Below, piece after piece: positions 49,922 through 62,673 of a stretch of DNA of 64,000 bases. Below the pieces are notes generated by a model that was not told the origin of the DNA, made no database searches, and saw only the letters and a list, made by a program, of their open reading frames with translations. This stretch comes from Lepidodermella squamata (lineage: Eukaryota > Animalia > Gastrotricha). The position numbers and the translations under genes are program-made. The stretch is taken from assembly GCA_047495785.1 (NCBI GenBank), contig JBLDXI010000015.1:620001-684000 (forward strand), read 5' to 3'. The stretch's first letter is position 1, and the number at the start of each line of letters is the position of its first letter.

Positions 49922-52900
49922 TCAGAAAACCATAATCCGCGAGATTTGAATTGTTGCGGTGCCGTATTTTTCGACGGAAACGTAGCGTCCATTCAAAGCA
50001 GGCAAGCAGTGCATTGTTATTGCCTGGCCCTGAACGACATTGATTCGATTGCCATCTTGCCAATAGTCGCAGACAGGGTTCGATCTGAGATTGGCCCCAG
50101 AAGCCGTACCGACTCTAATGATCAACTGGCTGCTACCTGGCTGAGATTCAACGACCCAAGATCCACTTTGCTGTGTAATGACAATGACCTTCCCGACAGA
50201 GTATGAGTCGCCGAGATCGACTTGAAGCCACCCAGTGATAACGGATGCTCCAACACTATTTGGACCAGGCGTGGTGAGAGCGGTTAGAGTCGCAGCTGGA
50301 ATCGAGGAGATGTTACTCGTAACCAGTTTGTACCTAGCGAAATCTGTGCCGTTGTCGTAATAAGTTCCAAATTGACAAATCTCAATCGTAGAACCCTGAC
50401 TCGCTCCAACAAGGCTGAGATATCGACCAGAAATCGGTCCGTTTTCACATTGCAACTGAACGCGTCTGCCATAGGGGACTCGAGAGATTTGCGAACATTG
50501 CGGCTGGGAGTCTGTGTCAGAAGCTGAGCTTGGGGATGCTGAGCTCAATCGTGCTGAAACCTTGCCTACAGGCGGTGAGACTATCGATGCAAATGAGTTA
50601 TCTGAATTCGGGACAGAGCAGCCTTTGAAGCTGAATCTGCCATATGGTGCTACATTGAAGTCATCGATGACGAGGCGCAATGATACAGCTTGAAACGGAT
50701 ACGGACTCAAATAGGATATGAACGAATTAGGATTGCTTGAGGCTGATGGGCCATCGAAAATTCTGAGCCTAGAACCGTTGTGAGGCCAAACGTAGCCGTT
50801 CCATGTGATACCGTCCAAACTGCCCATGAGATGGTATTTTGTGATCCACGATGTAGAGTCAACACTGCATTGAACCGCAACAGCCGATATCAGTTTCGCC
50901 ACCGGGAAAGTTATTTGAAAATAAGGCTGAGGATCAGTTGAGAGAGGCCGGAAGTCGACAGTGCTTCCAATTGTGAAAGTCTGTGGTTCAATAGCTGGTG
51001 TTTGAGTGCTGGAAACACTGATACTGCTGCTGTTGCCGTCATTCAACTCGGCCTCGCAGAAGAAATCTGCGGAATTCTATTACTCGCCGTTCTTAGTCAA
51101 AGTATCATTGTGTTACCTGGGCACCCACGGAGTAAAACACGTAACCCTACACCACCGACCCATGTTTGAGGGTGGATTCGGACGTATCGAGCCGAAAAGT
51201 AAGGTCGAATAGCATTCCAAATAACTCCATCGCTGTTTTCATTCCCAGCGAAAACCTAAATCATTTTAATGGTTATGACCGGCAAATGCTGAGGTTATAA
51301 CCAACTTTGACAACAGTAGGTCTAGGCAATTCGTAGACCCACAAAAAGTAGTTGACCGGGGTCCCGTATGACATCTTGAAACTTGTGACGTAGTAGCCGG
51401 TTGAGTAGTCACCCTGGGTTGCGATTGAAGCTATCGTATGCTCTTCACCAAGGTCGAGAGTCAGAATCGGGGTTGCATCAGAAGCAGCTGGTTGCCAACA
51501 ACACGCAGTTGAGCCAGCCGTGTTCGCATCCCCGCTCCATCTATTTTGCAGATGGAACCGGTCGAATTTAACCCCAGCCGCTGATGTGAATACAGAGCAG
51601 AAGCTCGCAGTGGCTCGAACAGTCAAATCGCTTTCGCAAATGTGTCCTTGAACTTTAGGAGAGAGCATAAATTAGGAAATTGTCAGCAATAAGACTTACG
51701 CAACACAGGTCCAGGGCACAGAGTAGCGATTTCTGTCGCAAAATACTGGCTTAGGTAGCCCTGGAATACGGCGAGGCACGCGATATCGCCCCGGGTAACG
51801 AGCGAGCTCTGCAGTATATCTCGCGCAATTCCAATGCGGGCGAATGGCCCCGGCCTAACATCAGGCAGTGGTACACTTACGATCTTCGCACCGTCGTAGA
51901 ATGCCTCATATCGCTTAGCGCCTGGAGTCATGTCGAACGTCAGCATGTGATGCCGCCAAATGTTGAAGAACGAGGTCACATTTGTCACTGCGGTCGTGTA
52001 GTTCGTATAAGTAGTGTCCGACGCCCCGTACATATTGACCCCATATGTAATCGAATTGGGTGTTATGGGCCATATGTTTATTTTAGAATAGTCCGTCGTG
52101 GGTTCGTTGAGGCTGAGCATTGGTATCGTAACGCCATTTCCAGATTCCTTCGTGTAGAAAAACATGCCGAAAGATGGCGTTGGGTTGGATGAACCCTGGC
52201 CAAATAACATGTCGGGAATCCCACCCACTGAGTAGTAATAGTTTGTCGTACTGCTGCTTGACAGACACCAAACGTCATTGCTACTTGCTCGCCATGGGAA
52301 ACCGTATCCTGTATTACAAACATTCACGGTAAGGGTATTTCAAAAGGTGTTAATTAAACCAGAAGGATAAACAGAAGACACGATTAAGTCTCCTGTGGTT
52401 GCGTTCGAAATGGATTTCTTGCCATAAGAGTAGTCCAATGGAACACTCGCCACCGCAGTCATGTCTGCAGTTGAAGAAATTGGGCATCGTTTCAAAGACG
52501 CGATTTGCCTCCGATTCAGCGCTGTTTTGTAAAAATGGAGGCAGGCAACATTGACCGGCGTCGAGCCTCCAACTTGAAATGAGCTTGTGTTCGTTTCCAG
52601 GCCATTCGAACACGGGAACGAGATTAAAGAACTCTCTGAACCGTCGAGTGCCACTAGCAAAGTACCAGTGGCGTGGTCATAGATCAGAGCAATATAAGCC
52701 CAGTGGTTAGCTATGAGCTGCCTTGAAGTCGTGAAATTTGAGCTGCCGCCTGATGCCCCACGGCATTTCGCGCCCAAAGCCAATTTACCGCCAGAAACAG
52801 ACAGGTAAACCACCGGACTAGTGGCAGAGCTGTACCAGCCGAGAATGATGCCATCAGCTGCATTGAGTTGCATCACGTGAATGACAACAGTGAATGAGTA

Positions 52901-55617
52901 TTGAAGGTCCAGGATGTTTCCAGGGGCTGTGGAAATCGGCATCGATAAGAAGTCATTTGCAGTCGCAAAGTTCCAAGCTCTAGAAAATTGCTATATGCTA
53001 TGGTTAGTTTTTTGAATCAAAGACTTACGTTGATGTGAATCCGTAAATCTTGGAGCATTGAGGGCTGCCATTCGAGGTGAAGCTAGGTCCTTGACTGGTT
53101 ACGTCAGTATAGGTACAGGCCAGGGGGTAGATTGCAACAGGCGGAGGAGCTGCGTCAGAAAATCTATAAAATGTCCTCAAGAACCTCAAATAAACTTACT
53201 CTGCCAGGGACAACGCGAGGCTTGTTCAATCTCGGACTGATCAAGGCCCCGCTTGTAAAATTGTGCGCAAGCGATGCGACCGCTCCATTGACCTCGAATT
53301 TCGAAGTACTCGCTCATCATTAGGAAGTCCGCCGCACTGCAACTGATATGGTTGATACCGCGATCGGAGCCATCGATGTAAACGCGGCCCATCCCGCTCT
53401 TGCAATCGACAGTGACAGCCAAAAAGAACCAGCGGTCAGATGGCGGATAGACGTCCATCGTAGGCCATACCCAACCGGTTGTTGAGCTGGTCGTGTAATC
53501 AACCTTGATCTGCCGTGTAGATGAAAGCTGCAGGTTTAACCGCCAATTTCTGGCGATCGCAATCAGGTTATCAAGAAATGTAACTCTAAACATCTAGCTT
53601 ACCCGCCCTTCGCTGTGCATTTTATCAAATATATGCCTCCTGTATTTCCAGTGCTTGGGAAGTACACCCACGCTGCGAATGTCCAGCCATTATTTCTATC
53701 CAGCAGATTGATATTGGTCGTTCGAACTAGAATCGCTCGATCTGCTCCCGGCCACTGCAAAGCACCCAGAGGACGGCCATCGAACCCAGCTACGTAGCTC
53801 AAACTCGGTGGAATGATGGCGTGATTGCCGTTACTAGACAAATCATCGCCCCCTCGCTGATAGTCAAACAGCCACAGCCCATCAGGGTTCAGGGTGGCTA
53901 CACCAGGCAAGTTAGGCGTCACGATATCGACCGAGCTGATCGTTTGCGTGGACCCTAGATCGATTGTGACGAAGGGTCTGCTCGAGCTGGCTGGATTACC
54001 AGTGATTCTTGTGCAATTTTGCTGGTGTTGTAGTCGAACAGCTCGCGGCTGCGTTATCGAACTCGGGTCGGAAAGAGCCGCGTGGAAACCTGTCGCATTA
54101 ATCATTCTATTGAACGCCAAGTTGCGAAGGTAAACAGGAGGAGCTGAAAGGAGAAATTAATTATTTATAGTATTCAGACATTTTGTGTCAACCCACTTTT
54201 GCAACCAAGCAGCTCAAAGCGGTAGCAAATTGAGGTTAGAAATGAAACAGGGATTATAGTGAAAAATCTGGCGAGAACGGCGTTGGGGAACACTATCAAA
54301 ACCATAGTTATACCATCCGTATTGCCCGTGAACGATTTCGATCCAAAACTATCGGCCAAATTTACCCAGTTATCTTCAGCGCTGGTTTTGTACTGAAAAG
54401 CGAAGGCTGTTACCCAGGAGTTCGCCTTCGAACAGCCTTGAACTTGAACTGCTCGGATGAAGGTGGATTTCAATAGGTCTACCGTGATGCTGCTCGGGTT
54501 ATTTCCGGCCGCTAATCCCCAGTTGATTCTAGAGTAGTAACTTCGCTGCATTGGTGTAGCGGGTATTAGTTGGCTATCACTAATTTCGCCACTTTCAACT
54601 CCCAACGGCTCCAAGCAGTTAGCAACAGGGCATCCGAGAAAGCCGAATTTGCCACATCTAAAAAAGGGCGTTGGCCCGGTTTCAATGCTGATAGTCATCT
54701 TGACTTGACGCGCCAATGCTGGTCGAAAAAATTGAAATGAGACCGTTCCGTTTACAGGCCCATTGAGATACTAAGTTATTTAAGAGGTTAATATATCGTA
54801 CTATATAATCAAACTTCGCGCTAGTAACCTGTTGCTTCGCTCGACCGGACATTGCTGGCGTGTAAGTAACATCATCCAGCGAATAGTCGATTCGAAACTG
54901 CTGCGCACATTGAGTATTTCGGCATTGGTAGCGCACTTCTGTCAGCCAAACAAAACGCTGCAAATCAACCTTGATCCACTGACCAGCAGGAGAATTGATC
55001 GTCCATACAAACCAATTCGAATGGCCAGCGGTGATTCGGGCTTGATAAGGTGGCTCCTGGTAGAGATTGTACCCAGTCACCGTCCAGGATGTCATTGAGC
55101 TCGATGAATAGCCAAGGTCGCTGACGTAACTCGTGTCATAGTCCAACATTTCCAACGGGCAAGTCGGGGCAGGGTCACTAGCAAACTCTTTCCAACAGGT
55201 CGGCCGCATGATTTCACGCTTGATTGCTTCGAAGTACCAGCTCGTCGCGCACTGATTACCCTTACACTGTCCAGATTTCGCCAGCTCGCTCTGGCTAGTT
55301 ATTGCCATAGAATTGTAGTCGGGATTAGGGTCCAGTTTCGCGATACTCGAGCCTACTGGTGAGACAGTAAAAAGGGAACAGGATTTTGTGCTTTTTTGAA
55401 ACTGTAGCGATTGGCATTGCGAGTTTCGGGAGCAATAGGCTGCACAGATCGACTCATCACGGGCGGGCTCAGTGAAAGCAATCGTGTAACCGCTAAGGTT
55501 TCCCAGACCGCTTGAGGACGTCGGTATGATCGAGGTATTAGCATACCGTTTATAATGAGTCCCGCACGTTACAAGCGTCGGAAGAAGTACCAAAAAAAGG
55601 TACCTTATTGCTTTCAT
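49922..55617 (-). CDS. Large secreted mosaic lectin-like protein: PAN, 2x F5/8C, split F-type lectin enclosing LamG repeats and 2x F5/8C, F-type-lectin-like C-terminus
   Basis: Signal MKAIRYLFLVLLPTLVTCG; PAN (CAAYCSRNSQCQS..CSL); F5/8C (QWIKVDL, IATQG, RFELLGC); LamG/pentraxin-like (WTFAAWV, WFFLAVT..YIDG, WRHHMLTFD); QVDLG..C..GRYVSV; multiple short introns. Confidence 0.82.
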
Positions 55618-56769
55618 TGCAAGATAATCTCTTTTCCAAATATATGCTACGAGCGTGAAAGACGACCTCAAAATGCTCGCGCTGATCAATAAGCGCGTGG
55701 GCTTTTAGCGCATTTCCTATTAGCGCTTCGAGTCAAATGGTAACGGTATATTTCGAGGCGTCAATTCTAAGATGGAAGTATTATTTACATTTTGGCGTGT
55801 TGCCTGGCTCCCATTTCCCTACCAAAAAATTCGACCCCAGATTATTAATCTTTCTTCTTTCTTGAATATATGTCATTGAATTCTAAGATCATTGGTCAAT
55901 ATCCCGATTTTTTCTGGCTCATACACATTACGTAATACCCAAAAAACGTTGACTCATATTTGAGTAGACGGCGATACGCTGCATGAGTATATGTATATGG
56001 CATCAGGTTCTTTGAATAAATAATAACATATGTATACGACCTTCAAGCTCAAAAAGTTCTATACTCACTTATGAGTATTTTGCGCTAGGTTGGAAACATT
56101 ACAAGACCAAATTGTACAGCAATCATGTGGTTTCGAGGTTTTATATTGTTGAAAAGACTCTACCAGCGATTTTTTAGATTTTTTCTCTCGGAAAACGTGA
56201 CCAGTAAAATTAAGCTGATTTGCAGGAAAAATACTTTGAAACATGGCGCATGTTGTAGTGGCGAAATAAAAATAGATGTCTTGTTCCCAAAATCGATAAT
56301 CAGTGAATTCTTCGGGAAGGAATGAGTATAAGGTGATTTTGACTTCAGATCATTTTTTACTCAGAAGGCTAGATGTCGGCCTAACAAAGTCATGCGACAA
56401 CTTTGGGATGAAATGAAGCCTACGAACCCACAAAGCAAGCGCGCAAGCCTGTAAAAAGCTGAAACTTGTTTTCCGTAGCATACATTAACGGGAAAACAGA
56501 GTAATCACGGGAGGTTACCGATATTCAGACACTGGTTGGCGAACTTTAATATGCACCGATAGTGCTGAAGCGCTATAACTATCGAACTACTGCGATCGAT
56601 CTGTGAAAACAGCCAATGTACTTGATGGGTCGATTTTGCAACAACCGAAGCATTCAACATCAACGAACTGTTAGTCTCATGAGATCAATCCGCACGGTAG
56701 GCTACGGGCTACGGGCCGCGATTGAAATATAAATTGTTGGGTTTTAGTCAAATCGTCATCAAGCTTTTC

Positions 56770-58090
56770 ATGAACACTTTCTTTCTCTTCTGCGTGTTAC
56801 TGAGCGTTGTTGGTTCCCAAGAATTGGGGAAAAGCACGCTAGCCAACACTATTCAACAGGACTACTCTGACCGAATGAAACAGAATTTCATTCGCCTTTG
56901 CCCACAAGCCATGTCAAAAACTCTACCCCTCGATGTTTTGGTTCACAATCGTTTTTCGGCACCTATAAAAGTCGCGATTCTAATAGACTTGTATCGCCTG
57001 CTGGAGATCAACGATATGCAGCAAAGGTTTGATTTCATATCTTGTAGTTCCTCCTCAACTTTCTTGCAGTCTTTCTGTTTGGGCTGGATTTACAATGGCA
57101 TGGAACTATCCATGTGAACCGTTATCGTGCATTGAATTACTTGAGGACGAATCAATCTGTGAAGCATCAAGAGCCAATATGTCAGCCGGTGTATATTCGT
57201 ACGCTATGTCGCTGTATCTAACAAACCAGGATTTATGGGTGCCTCAGTTCCTTCACATGAATGCCTTGACGAATGCGAGACCTTTCGAAAAGTAAGCCGT
57301 CCAATAGTAAATGTCGAAATCGCTTGTTGATTTTTGTCACAGAATCTCGAATGGCGTTGTTTACATCTCGCCGTCTGACAGCGGAGCCTATTATTACGCA
57401 ACAGGGCGATACGATACTCTTTGCGACGAATTCCCATTTCGAAAATTTCCCTTCGACGTCATAGAATGCTCGTTAATTCTGGATTCTGAGGAAGTCGCCG
57501 CCGTAGTAAATTACAGAATCGAACGATTTGACCTCGACGAATCTGCTAGGACTTCATTTCTATCAAGCGCTGATGTTTGGGACTTGGTCAGTATTTCAGA
57601 GCCGAGAAACGAGATATCGCCTCAAAGTGGCGATTTTAACCTGACGAGAATGACAGCGACAATCTCATTCAAAAGAAGACCCAGCTATTTTGTGATAAAC
57701 ATCCTTTTCCCGGTTTTCGCGTTGTACCTCATGCAACTAGCTGCTTTGATTATGCCGCCTGAGGTTCCGGATCGGTCAAGTTTCGGAATAACTGTGGTCC
57801 TGGCCTTCTCTGTGATTTTCTCCGTTATTGTAGGCCAGATTCCCCGGACTTCAGAGCCTGTCTACCTGGTCTATCTTGTTCTATTCAAGTTTGCAACTGG
57901 CATAGTAATCAACATTTACGAGCTCTCATCGCTTGCTGCTTTCGGTTCGAAAGAAAGAGATGTTTCCTGCAAGAACATTTTCGGTATCAGGATTTCTAAG
58001 CCGCGAATCATTGACATGTCCTTTGCTGCTATTTTACTCTTCATAACGATTATAGTTGATGCGATATTTCTTACCTTAATGATTTATTGA
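56770..58090 (+). CDS. Orphan pLGIC subunit F
   Basis: Exons 56770-57026, 57070-57291, 57343-58090. Confidence 0.9.
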
Positions 58091-58663
58091 GAATTTTCAT
58101 GTATGCTACTTATATTATTTAGAAAACAGCTCGTCAATGGCAACAATGATTAGAGGGCTGAGTATTGCCTTCGAGATTTGACCTAGATTTTAAGCAATGA
58201 AATGTTTGCTGTTTAGGTAGGAGCGATCATTCAAGCCATCTTTGATCATATTTTCTATCATCATCCGACGAGTTTTAGGGTGTAGTGAGAATGGGCTTTA
58301 TTTTACCCCTCTCGAGACAGACAAAATTACAAGCAACACAGAAACACAGCGAACCGTCCGATACGCAATCAGAGTATAGTATGGAATTAATTTCGCGATG
58401 GAATGAACGAAATAGTCATCTGTGTTTTGAGTAACTGGCAAGAAAAAAATTTGGATGGGTACATGTATCGAACGTTTTCCCGCTCTGGTTTTGTTTGCAC
58501 AGCTGTCTTGAAACATTTCACAATTTATCTAATTGAATCACTAACACACCCTAATAAGACATTTCCACCAGTTCTCACATATTTATTTCCTTTAAATTTC
58601 CAAATGAAATTTTCTTTTACCCATAGGGATTATCCTAGTTAAATCATATGATCAGGGGATTGA

Positions 58664-60222
58664 ATGTTTGCTGGATTCTCAATTTTGAGTTTGGCGTTTC
58701 TCATTGGATTGATCAGAGCCTCCCAGTTGAATGAATCTATCGAGAACAGTTTTGTAGATCGAATGAGAGACAATTTCCTCCGTTCGTGTCCAATAGCCAG
58801 CTCGAAAGCTTTGCCTTGGGAGGTTCTCCTTAAAAGTCACTACAGGGACAGAGTCAACGTATCAGTCACAATGGACTTGTACCGGTTAGTAGATATTGAT
58901 GACATGCAGCAGAAGTAAGTTGCTTAATCTTAAATTTCCGGTTGATTCCGCTTGCATTCCATCCCATAGATTATCGGTTTGGGCTGCCATGGCTATGTTA
59001 TGGAATTATCCTTGCACACCGTTGCCATGTCCAGATATACTGGGAGACGAATCATTCTGCGAACTCACAAGGAAGAAAATAACTCAGCAAGAAAACGGAT
59101 TTGTCACAACACTTCTGTTACCAGCGAAAGATATTTGGAATCCAAACTTTATACACATGAATGCCGCCGACACGCCAGAGCCGTTCGCAAAGCAAGTTTT
59201 GTACTATGAATTTAATAGATTTGGAGGTTAGGAGCCTAAAAGTGGAATCTCCATGGAGACATTCATCATCGATAATAAATACCTATGATATACCCAAATG
59301 GCTTGCTTATAGATAGAAAATGCTATTTTTCGAATATCAGGGTGGATAGTTAGTGTTTAAGAACCCTGCACGGTCCCTTAATATCTGAATATCGAAAATG
59401 GTATGGAAGCTAAATAATTTTTCCGACTAATTGGGTCGCAGCTAGCTTGAAACAAGGTTTTTTTGTTTTCATTCAGATTCATGAGCAATCAGCTTGGCCG
59501 ATAACAAGGCTGCGCTCTTCTCAACTGGAAAATTCGACACGATTTGCGAAGACTTCTCAGTCAAGAAGTTTCCATTCGACACGATACAATGCTCGTTCAT
59601 CTTTGACTCGAGTGAAATATCCATACTAGTCGGATACACGCTGGACCGATTCGCTATCGATGAATCGGCTAATAGTTCGTTCACATCGGATTCTGACATA
59701 TGGGAACTCGTGAAACTCGAGCCGCCTAATAATCATTTGTCATCGCAAAATGGTTTCCCACCAGTCTCCAGGATGATAGCTACTTTCGTGTTCAAAAGAC
59801 GCGCCAGCTATTTTGTCGTCAACGTGATTTTTCCGGTCTTTGCTCTTTATGTTATGCAATTGGCTGCTTTGATAATGCCGCCTGATGTTCCAGATCGTTC
59901 AAGTTTCGGCATTACAGTGGTTCTCGCGTTTTCAGTAATCCTATCTATGGTTGTTGATCAGATCCCGCAAACTTCAGAACCAGTTTACTTGGTGTATCTG
60001 GTTGTTTTCAAATTCGTCACTGGTTTGGTTATGAATATTTTCGAGATGTATACTCTTGCTGTTGCCGTTGGTACAAAATCGACGAGAAGGTACGCAACGC
60101 TCGCGATCGGTGGATTCAAAATTTCGAGGCCTAGGCAGATTGACCTGCTGTTTTTTACGCTTGTATTAGCTGCAACTCTTTTGGCCGATGGGATTTTTTT
60201 CTATCTGATGATTTTCACATGA
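58664..60222 (+). pseudogene. Orphan pLGIC subunit G; probable frameshift from an 11-bp deletion at the start of exon 3
   Basis: Exons 58664-58914, 58970-59191 (GC donor), 59477-60222. Versus gene H it lacks 11 nt (aa atg gtg tat). An alternative AG at 59491-92 would restore frame. Confidence 0.7.
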
Positions 60223-61209
60223 AAACATGAATAAACTTCCATGCTAGCTTTCAGCTTGGATGTTAGGCTTGGAAAATACCCCGTAGCTCGAGGTTTAAAC
60301 TTTGATTAAACTCGAAATTCCAAGAAACAAAAATTCGAAGTTCAAACTCGGCGTCTATTGAACGAACAATGTCAGGTAATTTCGTAGATTTCATCGGCAT
60401 ATTTTGCACTTGTAACCCTATGACGCCTCTGGTAGCATCGCCTCTGGTTTCATTTACTCAGCTGTCAGCATTTTTGACATCACTACCAGTTCATGCATGC
60501 GAACATGACTGCCATGTCAATTAATTTCAGAGACAAATTCCGATGGTTTTGCCTTTTCTAGTTCTATTCATTCATTTGAGTTCGGCCCGTTGGGCTAACC
60601 TAATATTATGCTAGTAGCCAAATGACCCTCATAGTTCCGCTTTGATTTGCTAAATACTTGAAATGTAAAATGTAACTGGTTGATTGAGCTTTGGTTACAA
60701 ATCCGAATTATCAGTAAAATGAAATAATTTGTTAACATGACTACGAATTGCTCCAATGATTTGCTCATGCCGAAGTAATCGCTTTCGCTTTTACACAGAC
60801 GTAAGTTTTTCTTTCAACTCGAAAACTATATTCGTCTGACGTGTTTTCTCTTGTTCACTTTTTCTTGTTCCTGAACTTGTTTTTCCTGCTAATTCAAACA
60901 TTTCTTTCGCTCCTGGTGTGTCATTTCTAGCAATCCTCCTTTCACTAGCAGGCTCTACTTCTCATTCCTTATAAATTTGATTGATGCAGTTGTATTTGAT
61001 TGCCGAAGCTCTAGATTGCAAAAACAAACAATTAACGAAGCGCATATCGATTGAAAAGTCGATATTTTCTGTCAATAATGATAGTTAAATACTAATTGTT
61101 ACAATCAACTATTTTTATCAGCATTCAAAGTTTCCAGTAAATCACCTATTTTTGGGAAGGAATCATTCTATCCATTTGAATCATTTGCAATTATTCTCTC
61201 CATTTGTAG

Positions 61210-62673
61210 ATGCTTATCATAGCCTTGATATTTAATTTCCTTTATCTTTTGTACTCTATCGAAGCCTTGCAGCAAAATGCCTCCGAGGAGGAAAGTTTCA
61301 TAGCTCGGATGACCGAGAGCTTCTTTCGATCGTGTCAAATAGCCAATTCAAATGCTTTGCCATGGGAAGTTCTTCTTAAAAGTCGCTACAGGGAGAGAAT
61401 CAACGTTTCAGTGACTATGGACCTATACCGGTTCGTGGAAATTGAGGACATGCAACAAAAGTGAGTAGGAAATACATTTCCACACTGAGAGGCTCGATGC
61501 TAGACTTTTGAAACGCTTCGCAGATTATCGGTTTGGGCTGCAATGGCTATGCAGTGGTATTATCCGTGCCCGCCATTGCCCTGCTTCGATTTACTAGGAG
61601 ACGAATCGTTGTGTGAATTGACGGCGGCCAAACTGAACCAACAAGAAAAGGCGTTTGTCACTACACTGCTCGTGCCTGCAAAAGATATCTGGACCCCGAG
61701 TTTTGTGCACATGAACGCTGCCGAGAGTCCTGAGCCATTTTCGAAGCAAGTCTTTTTAATTGGAAATTCCAACTACCAAATTTGAACAGGATTAAAATGA
61801 TAGGTATTTTTCTAAATTGTTTTATGGCGGATTCTTAGTTCATAAATAGGAGAATCATAGGGATCCTGGAACTAGGAGGTATTTTCGGGCCCAGAGTTTA
61901 TGAACAAAGGAGCCCCTTTGGTCTTTCTCACTGGTACTTCGCGTACTGTCGTAATACTTTTAACAAATATTTCTTTCATTCAACGATAATTACATGATTA
62001 TAATATTTCTCTTTTTCGAATCAGATATATGAGTAAAATGGTGTATATCAGTCTCAACGACAACCATGCCTCGCTATTCGCAACTGGAAAATACGAGACG
62101 ATATGCGAAGACTTCTCGGTGAAGAAATTCCCATTCGACACCATAAGATGCTCTTTCATCTTCGACTCGGATGAAATCTCAAAACTAGCTGGTTACACGC
62201 TGGATCGATTTGCTATTGATGAATCGGCCAATAGCTCCTTTATATCGGAATCTGACATCTGGGAACTCGTGAAACTCGAACTACCCAATAATCATTTATC
62301 TTCGCAGAACGGCTTCCCGGCAGTCTCCAGGATGATTGCTACTCTTGTTTTCAAAAGACGCGCCAGCTATTTTGCTGTAAATGTCATTTTTCCGGTTTTC
62401 GCCTTGTACATCATGCAACTGGCTGCTCTGATAATGCCGCCCGATGTTCCGGATCGTTCAGGGTTTGGCATCACCGTTGTCCTCGCTTTCTCCGTGATTC
62501 TATCAATGGTAGTCGCCCACATTCCTCAGACTTCAGAGCCCGTCTATTTAGTGTATTTGGTTGTTTTCAAATTCGTCACGGGTTTGGTTATGAATATTTA
62601 CGAGCTAATTTCCCTTGCTTTTTCTACTGGTCGAAAATCGACATCTAAATATAAATCGACATCTAAAACCTGA
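61210..62673 (+). pseudogene. Orphan pLGIC subunit H, truncated before M4
   Basis: Exons 61210-61460, 61524-61745 (GC donor), 62025-62673; homology ends at a duplicated AAATCGACATCTAAA, followed by a stop. Confidence 0.75.

Noticed and set aside
30012-62673. Calling the channels nAChR alpha subunits or assigning gene symbols
   Set aside because: No vicinal Cys in loop C, no loop B Trp and an aberrant Cys-loop; orthology cannot be assigned without a phylogeny.
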